Source: Candidatus Zixiibacteriota bacterium (lineage in GTDB: Bacteria > Zixibacteria > MSB-5A5 > CAIYYT01). Taken from it: a DNA stretch of 13,789 nt. The notes beneath the pieces are model-generated. The model did no database searches and was not told the DNA's origin. It worked only from the letters and a program-made list of their open reading frames with translations. Position numbers and translations under genes: made by a program. The stretch spans positions 1-13,789 of the forward strand of contig JBECKX010000039.1 in the NCBI GenBank assembly GCA_040235515.1, read 5' to 3'. The stretch's first letter is position 1; each line of letters starts with the position of its first letter. This document shows, piece by piece, positions 1 through 5,668 of this stretch.

Positions 1-1
1 A

Positions 2-256
2 CGCGACTTCGAAGAAGGGAACCAGATTGGTTTCATCGCGCAGGAGTTAGAGACGCTCTTCCCCGAGATGGTGATGACCGACTCGGAGGGTTACAAGTCG
101 GTCGACTATGGTCGTCTCACACCGGTGCTGGTGGAGGCGATCAAGGAGCAACAAAAGACGATTGAGATGCTGATTGAGCGCCAGGCGGTTATGGAGTCAC
201 GACTGATTCAAACGATAGAGGAATATTCATCGCTGGAAACCAGCGGTCAGAGATAG
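2..256 (+). CDS. 3' end (5'-truncated by the window) of a peptidase S74 / intramolecular chaperone autoprocessing domain protein (tail-fibre-like trimeric protein)
   Basis: Frame 2 is open from base 2: RDFEEGNQIGFIAQELETLFPEMVMTDSEGYKSVDYGRLTPVLVEAIKEQQKTIEML...TAG(254-256). GFIAQE-x4-P-x2-V and V-D-Y-x2-L-x3-L-x2-AIKEQQ followed by a coiled coil is the typical C-terminus of S74 chaperone domains. The ORF-track start at 68 is internal. Confidence 0.88.
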   Translation, partial: RDFEEGNQIGFIAQELETLFPEMVMTDSEGYKSVDYGRLTPVLVEAIKEQQKTIEMLIERQAVMESRLIQTIEEYSSLETSGQR

Positions 257-268
257 GATTTTGAAGTT

Positions 269-787
269 ATGAAGTACAGAATTTTGATCACGCTGGCCCT
301 GCTGATGGTGACCTTGCCGGCAGTGGCGGCCGATAGGGGATCGACCGGTAAGCACGAGGATGCACAGAGCCAGTCGAGTGTTGAAGCAAATCGGAAACCT
401 GAGGCCGGCGAGATGATAGTACGGCAGGTTGTAAGCAGCGGTGGGAGCAGCGGCGGTACGTCAACCAACTTCGGTGTTTCCGGGACGATCGGACAAACCG
501 CGGTGGGTGGAGGCAATTCGACCAGTTATGGTGTCGGTGAAGGTTTCTGGAGAGGCATCGGCAATGGGGGACCCGCTTACCTTTGCGGCGATGCCGACGG
601 GAACGCTTCCATCTCGATAGGTGATGCGGTATATGTCATCAACTTCATCTTTGGAGGTGGTCCGGCACCGGATCCACTGCTGGCGGCTGATGCCGATTGC
701 AGCGGCGGGGTTTCGATCGGGGATGCGGTTTACATCATCAACTTCATCTTCGGTGGCGGACCGGCGCCTTGTGCCAACTGCCCATAA
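269..787 (+). CDS. Secreted protein with a Gly/Ser-rich N-terminal module and a C-terminal type I dockerin-like (duplicated Ca-binding loop-helix) domain
   Basis: Sec signal peptide MKYRILITLALLMVTLPAVAA. Middle module QVVSSGG...GTIGQ...GEGFW. Two 28-aa repeats GDADGNASISIGDAVYVINFIFGGGPAP and ADADCSGGVSIGDAVYIINFIFGGGPAP, ending CANCP. Starts 12 nt after the upstream stop codon. Confidence 0.88.
   Translation: MKYRILITLALLMVTLPAVAADRGSTGKHEDAQSQSSVEANRKPEAGEMIVRQVVSSGGSSGGTSTNFGVSGTIGQTAVGGGNSTSYGVGEGFWRGIGNGGPAYLCGDADGNASISIGDAVYVINFIFGGGPAPDPLLAADADCSGGVSIGDAVYIINFIFGGGPAPCANCP
587..769 (+). repeat. Intragenic direct repeat (2 x 84 nt, period 99 nt) encoding the two dockerin halves
   Basis: 587-670 and 686-769 encode near-identical peptides and share stretches such as gatgccga, gatgcggt and tcatcaacttcatctt, with mostly synonymous differences in the helix part. 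Confidence 0.85.
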
Positions 788-848
788 TAATCAGGCGGGG
801 TGAGAGTCTGCTGCGGCAGCAACATGGAAAGGACGGGGATCGATCGGC

Positions 849-1781
849 CTAGTCGCAGTTGTCGCAGCGTTCCAGGTCCTCGAGGGAGGTTTCTATCTGG
901 ATAGTCGTGTGGTCGATGCCGAAGCGATTGCGCAGCTCCCGGCGCAGGTCATACAAGAATTCGTCCCCCTTTCCGTCCGGCACAATCAGGTGGGCGGTCA
1001 GTGCAGTCATGGTAGTGCTGAGCCCCCACACATGGAGGTCGTGAACATTCACCACACCGGGGAGCGATTGCAGGTAGCTTCGAACATCATTGACTTGAAT
1101 ATCCTTAGGGGCGGCATCGAGCGCCAGATTGATTGAATCCACCAGCAGTCCCCAGGTGCCGTAAAGTATAACCGCAACGATCACGAAGCTCATGACGGGA
1201 TCGATCCAGTATGCGCCGGTATACCTGATGGCCAGGCCGGCGAGCACGACGCCGAGCGAAACGCCGGCATCGGCGGCCATATGCAGAAATGCCCCCTTGA
1301 TATTGAGATCATCTTTCTGCCCACGCATGAACAGCAGCGCCGTGGCAGTATTGATAACTACACCGACCCCGGCGACGATCATAATCGTATTACCCGCGAC
1401 CTCCGTCGGGGCAGACAGTTTTCCGATCGCATCCCACGCAATGAATCCAATCGCCACCAGCAGCAGTGTGCCATTGAGCACCGATGCCAGAATGGTCGTG
1501 CGACGCAGGCCGTAGGTGTATTTGCCCGATGGTTTCCTGGAGGCGATCCAGATTGCGGCCCAGGCAAACACCAGGCTGAGTACATCGCTGGCATTATGTC
1601 CGGCATCGGCGAGTAACGCCGAGGAGTTGGCCGCCAGACCGAAGACGATTTCTACGACGACAAACCCGACATTGAGGATGATACCGATGGCAAAGGCTCT
1701 TCCCCAGGAGGGTTCTCCATGCGAATGGCCATGCGTGTGCCCGTGGAAAGGGGCATGAGTATGTCCGTGTGCGCTGCTCAT
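849..1781 (-). CDS. czcD: Cation diffusion facilitator (CDF) transporter, CzcD/ZitB-like Zn/Co(/Cd) efflux
   Basis: His-rich N-terminus HGHTHAPFHGHTHGHSHG. CDF signature SSALLADAGHNASD...TYGLRR. TM5 NIKGAFLHMAAD. C-terminal domain VHDLHVWGLS...TAHL...GIDHTTIQIE. About 6 hydrophobic segments. Confidence 0.93.
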   Translation of the reverse strand: MSSAHGHTHAPFHGHTHGHSHGEPSWGRAFAIGIILNVGFVVVEIVFGLAANSSALLADAGHNASDVLSLVFAWAAIWIASRKPSGKYTYGLRRTTILASVLNGTLLLVAIGFIAWDAIGKLSAPTEVAGNTIMIVAGVGVVINTATALLFMRGQKDDLNIKGAFLHMAADAGVSLGVVLAGLAIRYTGAYWIDPVMSFVIVAVILYGTWGLLVDSINLALDAAPKDIQVNDVRSYLQSLPGVVNVHDLHVWGLSTTMTALTAHLIVPDGKGDEFLYDLRRELRNRFGIDHTTIQIETSLEDLERCDNCD

Positions 1782-1915
1782 CTGACGATACTATAGTTCA
1801 GCGCCAGAGCGAAATCCAGCCATTCCTTGTTAATCGCTAAGTCGATTATCTCTTAAGGAAACGGCAATGAACGCCCCGGGATTTAGGAAATTCGGGCGCC
1901 ATCGGGCGATTCGCT

Positions 1916-2818
1916 TCAGCGACTGCAGAAGAACTTCACACCTTGAAGTTTGAGGAATTCCTCGGCCTGCGAGCCGTGCAGAATCGAAAGGGTAGCCAGA
2001 ATACCTGCTTCGGTGCAACGCTGCGCTAGCACCGTCACGCTGCGCGGGGCATCAGCCGCAGGCCAGCCGGTGAGGGGGTTAAGAATATGTCCGAGCCGTT
2101 TGCCATTTACGTAACAGAAGCGACGCGAGTCGCCGCTGGTCGCGATCCCACCCGCGCGCAGTTCTACCTGTCCCAGTGCGGAAGCCTCAGACTCGGGATC
2201 CTCAATTCCAACGATCCAGGGTTCCTCGAGTGGACCGACACCCACGACGCGAATATCCCCGCCGAAGTTGACCATGAGCGAGCAGGCGATTTTGTCATGA
2301 AGTTGTTCTGCGACGCGATCCACGGCATACTCTTTGCCGATTCCACCCAGGTCGACCTGCATCTCAGGGAGCAACGTAATGCTGGCCCCATCCCAGATGA
2401 CCTTGTCCCATCCAACCAGATCGCGAAGCGACTCCACCAATTCCTGATCCGGCTCAAAATTCTTTCCCTCGAATTTCCAGGCACGACGCAGCACACCGGA
2501 AGTGATGTCAAACATGCCGTCGCTCAGGTTGTAACACTCCTGGGCGTACGCCAGCAGCCTGGCGGTTTCCTTGTCGACGCTCACCGGCATGCCGTTGCTG
2601 GTATTGATCTTGTGGATGATATTGTCATCACGGTATCGGCTGAACTTGGTCTCTATCCGCCGTGTTTCGGAGAAGGCGTGCGCAGCGAGTTCCTCGGCCT
2701 GCTGCCTTGTGACACCGCGCATCTGAACCTCGCAGGGGCTGGCCATAGCGGAGAATTCCGCCAACCAGCGATCTTCAATCTGACGCAGGGTCAGGCCTTT
2801 GGCGAGTTTGCGACTCAC
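1916..2818 (-). CDS. apbE: FAD:protein FMN transferase (ApbE family), no signal peptide evident
   Basis: Motifs FSRYRDD, GMFDITSG, DLGGIGKEYAVD, VNFGGDI, WIVGIEDP, GIATSGDSRR and GHILNPLTGWP. GTG start preceded by GGGAG (SD-like) on the minus strand. Confidence 0.92.
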   Translation of the reverse strand: MSRKLAKGLTLRQIEDRWLAEFSAMASPCEVQMRGVTRQQAEELAAHAFSETRRIETKFSRYRDDNIIHKINTSNGMPVSVDKETARLLAYAQECYNLSDGMFDITSGVLRRAWKFEGKNFEPDQELVESLRDLVGWDKVIWDGASITLLPEMQVDLGGIGKEYAVDRVAEQLHDKIACSLMVNFGGDIRVVGVGPLEEPWIVGIEDPESEASALGQVELRAGGIATSGDSRRFCYVNGKRLGHILNPLTGWPAADAPRSVTVLAQRCTEAGILATLSILHGSQAEEFLKLQGVKFFCSR

Positions 2819-2918
2819 CTGCCGCTCCCGGTGATTTCGTGCCAGAGTGATTTGATCGATACCATAGCTCTTGTCAGGAGGTCACATTCCAGGGATTGCG
2901 CCGAGGATGATCCTCAAT

Positions 2919-4289
2919 TTAGTCGCTGTTATCCGGCTCGGTGATGTCATATTTCTTCAGGCGATAGATCAATACGTGTCGCGGAATCTCCAGTCGCTTG
3001 GCGGCCTTTGATTTATTCCACCCTGATTTCCTGAGCGCATCGAGAATCAATTCGCGCTCGGCACCCTCCAGCGTAACTCGCTGTTCGCCACTCCGGGATA
3101 CGCGCTGTTCATCATCACCTGCACGCGGGTCGAACTGACCGAAATCGGGTGGCAGGTCACGCCTGCCAAGTGAATCGCTGCGGCTGAGTATTACCATCCT
3201 GGCCATCAGGTTCTCCAACTCGCGCACGTTGCCGGGCCAGTGATAGTTCATCAGGGTGGTGATCAGATCATCCTGCAACACGATATGTCTTTCCCCGGCT
3301 GCTTTGCTCACAAACTCGCGTGCCAGCAAAGGAATGTCATCGCGCCGTTCTTTCAGACTCGGTATCTGAATCGGCACGACATTAAGTCGGTAGAACAGGT
3401 CCTCTCTAAACTTGCCGGCCCTCACGCGCGCTTTGAGATCAACGTTGGAAGCCGCGATCAGGCGAACGTCGATCGGTCGCGAACGTTCCGCGCCGACAGG
3501 TTCAATCACGTTCTCCTGCAAAACTCGGAGCAGTTTGGCCTGAAGATCAATTGCCAGCTCGCTGATCTCATCGAGCAGGAGGGTTCCGCCGCTGGCGATC
3601 TCGAACTTTCCGCGTTTGTCCTTGATCGCACCGGTGAACGCACCCTTGACATAACCAAACAACTCAGACTCGATCAGATCCCTCGGAATGGCCGCGCAAT
3701 TGACGGCAACGAAATCATTTCCGGAGCGGGAACTCTCATAGTGAATCGCGCGCGCGACGACTTCCTTCCCGGTCCCTGACTCCCCGGTCACGAGAATGGT
3801 CGCGTCGGTGTCTGCCACCTTGGAGATCATCGCCTTTAACTCGCGAAACGGTTTTGACTCGCCGATGAGGCGCCTTTCAGACTCAACTTGCTGCAGCTTG
3901 CCTCGCAGCTTTTTGTTCTCGGCCTCGAGCTTTTCGAATTCCAGCGCCTTCTCGATGGCGACGAAGAGTTCGTCGTCTTCGAAGGGTTTCGTGATATAGT
4001 CGAAGGCTCCCAGCTTCACGGCCTGGACAGCCTGTGAGACGGTGGCGTGGGCCGTGATCAACACAACTTTAAGATCGGGTTGCGAGCGGTGGGCTCTTTC
4101 CAACAATTCAAGGCCATCGAGTTCGGGCATTTTGATGTCGGAGAGCAGCAGATCAAACTGCTCATCCTTCAGCCGTTTCAGGGCATCAAGTCCGTCGGCG
4201 GCGGTTTCAACCAGAAAGCCGCGCTTCTGTAATTTGAATTGGAGCACGCGGCGGACCGATGCATCATCATCCACGAGTAGAATTCTCAT
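2919..4289 (-). CDS. Sigma54-dependent two-component response regulator (NtrC/ZraR family: REC + AAA+ + Fis HTH)
   Basis: REC: ILLVDDD...LLSDIKMP...GAFDYITKPF. AAA+: Walker A GESGTGKE, ESELFGYVKGAFTGA, Walker B LLLDEI, FREDLFYRLNV, WPGNVRELEN. HTH: GWNKSKAAKRLEIPRHVLIYRLKKY. Its ATG overlaps the kinase stop codon (TGATG). Confidence 0.96.
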   Translation of the reverse strand: MRILLVDDDASVRRVLQFKLQKRGFLVETAADGLDALKRLKDEQFDLLLSDIKMPELDGLELLERAHRSQPDLKVVLITAHATVSQAVQAVKLGAFDYITKPFEDDELFVAIEKALEFEKLEAENKKLRGKLQQVESERRLIGESKPFRELKAMISKVADTDATILVTGESGTGKEVVARAIHYESSRSGNDFVAVNCAAIPRDLIESELFGYVKGAFTGAIKDKRGKFEIASGGTLLLDEISELAIDLQAKLLRVLQENVIEPVGAERSRPIDVRLIAASNVDLKARVRAGKFREDLFYRLNVVPIQIPSLKERRDDIPLLAREFVSKAAGERHIVLQDDLITTLMNYHWPGNVRELENLMARMVILSRSDSLGRRDLPPDFGQFDPRAGDDEQRVSRSGEQRVTLEGAERELILDALRKSGWNKSKAAKRLEIPRHVLIYRLKKYDITEPDNSD

Positions 4290-5395
4290 CAGACCCCTCC
4301 GCCTTCGCGGGCAGCATCAAGCGGCAGGGAAATGGATGCGAGCGCTCCCCCCTCAGCACGATTGGAGAGCTGGATTCTCCCGCCATGTTGCTCCACGATA
4401 TTCCTTGCAATCGAGAGCCCCAATCCGGTTCCGGATGATTTGGTCGTGTAGAATGGCTCGAAGATTTTCGGGAGGTCTTTGTCGTCGATACCGGCGCCAT
4501 TGTCTGCAATGGCGATTTCCGCAGTCGACGAACCGGGGGAGACCGCCAGACTCACACTGATCGGTGAGTTCTTTGTGGATGCATCGATCGCGTTGAGGAT
4601 CAAGTTCAGCATCACCTGGTGGATTTTCTCCGCGTCACCCTGGATTACGACGTCCGCAGCGATTTCATCCCTGATCTCGATTCCTCGTTCTCTGGCTTGA
4701 GTCCGAACCTGCTTGATGCATGAGTGCACAACTTCAGACAAGTTCAACTGCTCCAGCTTCGACTCGCTCGGTCGGGCGAACTCCAAAAAGTCGGTGACAC
4801 TCGCGTTGATCCGCTTCACTTCCTTAAAAACAATCGCCTTGAATTCGTCCCGTTCGGTTGCCTCAGTGGTGTCATCAGATAAGATCTCTACTGCACCTTT
4901 GATAGAAGCGAGCGGGTTCTTGATTTCATGCGCCATACCGGCAGCGATGCTGCCAACCAGCGACATTTTCTGCGAACGCTCCAACTGCAGACGCATCTCC
5001 TCGGCGCGTCGACGTGATCTGAACTCACGCTCCACCAGCCCTCCTGCAAGCAGCGCGATGGCAAAGTAGAAAACGATTTCGGTAATCTCGTCGGTAAGCT
5101 GGGCGGCGGGGAAATTAGCTCCAAGTACGTAGGGCAGCACTCCCAGCGAAATGATCAGGGCGGTCAGCAGTCCGCCACGCAGACCGAACCAGGCGGCAGC
5201 CACCACAATCGGGATATAGCAGAACCTTCCATGGATTTCATGGAGCCAGTGGATATGGCCGAAGATTGGATCCACCAACCAGCCGGTGTGAATCCCGAGT
5301 GTGACAATGATTACCCCGGCCAGGATCGCCAGTTTGGTTGTCTGTCTTTCCGGTTGCCAGACCGGAAGTCTTCTATCATTCATATCATCTACCAT
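4289..5395 (-). CDS. Membrane sensor histidine kinase (NtrB/ZraS-type transmitter) with a ~4-TM N-terminal input domain. Start could alternatively be the ATG at 5383.
   Basis: H-box AAGMAHEIKNPLASIKG, N-box QVMLNLILNAIDA, G1 IADNGAGI, F-box IFEPFYTTK, G2 GTGLGLSIA. Hydrophobic helices lie in residues ~22-120. Translationally coupled to the regulator. Confidence 0.94.
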   Translation of the reverse strand: MVDDMNDRRLPVWQPERQTTKLAILAGVIIVTLGIHTGWLVDPIFGHIHWLHEIHGRFCYIPIVVAAAWFGLRGGLLTALIISLGVLPYVLGANFPAAQLTDEITEIVFYFAIALLAGGLVEREFRSRRRAEEMRLQLERSQKMSLVGSIAAGMAHEIKNPLASIKGAVEILSDDTTEATERDEFKAIVFKEVKRINASVTDFLEFARPSESKLEQLNLSEVVHSCIKQVRTQARERGIEIRDEIAADVVIQGDAEKIHQVMLNLILNAIDASTKNSPISVSLAVSPGSSTAEIAIADNGAGIDDKDLPKIFEPFYTTKSSGTGLGLSIARNIVEQHGGRIQLSNRAEGGALASISLPLDAAREGGGV

Positions 5396-5506
5396 TTACA
5401 AACCATGAAGCAACTATACTGCCGACCAGAACCGCTCGCTCGGCCGGGGCCGCGCAGCCATACACAGAGCTATTGCTATGCGATTTGCATCGGAATAAGC
5501 CAATTG

Positions 5507-5568
5507 ATTCTACAATTATTCTACAATATTCTTCAATAATATTCTTCACTATTGAAGAATTTTCTCCA
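5507..5568. promoter_or_regulatory. Cluster of ATTCTWCAAT direct and inverted repeats, candidate upstream activator (enhancer) sites for the adjacent sigma54 regulator
   Basis: ATTCTACAAT 5507-5516, ATTCTACAAT 5518-5527, ATTCTTCAAT 5528-5537, ATTCTTCACT 5541-5550, inverted copy ATTGAAGAAT 5551-5560, and dyad TGAAGAA-TT-TTCTCCA 5553-5568. Lies roughly 90-150 bp upstream of the predicted sigma54 start. The function is inferred. Confidence 0.6.
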
Positions 5569-5631
5569 TAATTATCGGCCCCAGCGCTCCGAAATCAACT
5601 CAACCTACTGCCGTAGAACAACTTATACCAT

Positions 5632-5648
5632 CAGGCACGGAGATTGAC
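5632..5648 (+). promoter_or_regulatory. Putative sigma54 (-24/-12) promoter of the efflux operon, with a non-canonical -12
   Basis: CAGGCACGGAGATTGAC versus consensus YTGGCACG-N4-TTGCW. GG at 5634-5635, exact 10-nt spacing, TTGA instead of TTGC. It ends about 20 nt before the TolC-family ATG and sits next to a GAFTGA-containing activator gene. Confidence 0.65.
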
Positions 5649-5668
5649 ATAGATCTTAGTAGAGAAGT

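Noticed and set aside
2..256. Prophage inferred from the tail-fibre chaperone domain
   Set aside because: No other phage gene, integrase or att-like site is in the window, and the next gene is a Sec-secreted cellular protein. Sequence upstream of the window cannot be assessed.
1872..1898. GC-rich imperfect hairpin downstream of apbE as an intrinsic terminator
   Set aside because: The stem is bulged on the transcribed (minus) strand and there is no real U-tract, so it is too weak to call.
1782..1915. Metal-sensing riboswitch (NiCo or yybP-ykoY) upstream of czcD
   Set aside because: I could not find the conserved sequence elements or a multi-stem junction. An Infernal/Rfam search would be decisive.
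2087..2944. 285-aa plus-strand ORF
   Set aside because: Antisense shadow of apbE, with no recognisable motifs. Long open antisense frames are common in GC-rich coding DNA.
3240..4560. Plus-strand ORFs of 179 aa and 172 aa opposite the regulator and kinase
   Set aside because: They lie opposite well-supported genes and show no family motifs.
5507..5560. Short repeats considered as a CRISPR array or replication iterons
   Set aside because: The units are 10 nt and nearly abutting, with no unique spacers and no cas or rep gene. An enhancer reading fits the context better.
5338..5571. Small ORFs (5338-5571 and 5231-5539) crossing the divergent promoter region
   Set aside because: They overlap the kinase start on the opposite strand and run through the repeat cluster, with no SD or protein-like features.
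5592..5626. Possible IHF site between the enhancer and the sigma54 promoter (AATCAACTCAACC or AGAACAACTTA)
   Set aside because: The position is suitable, but each candidate matches only half of WATCAANNNNTTR.
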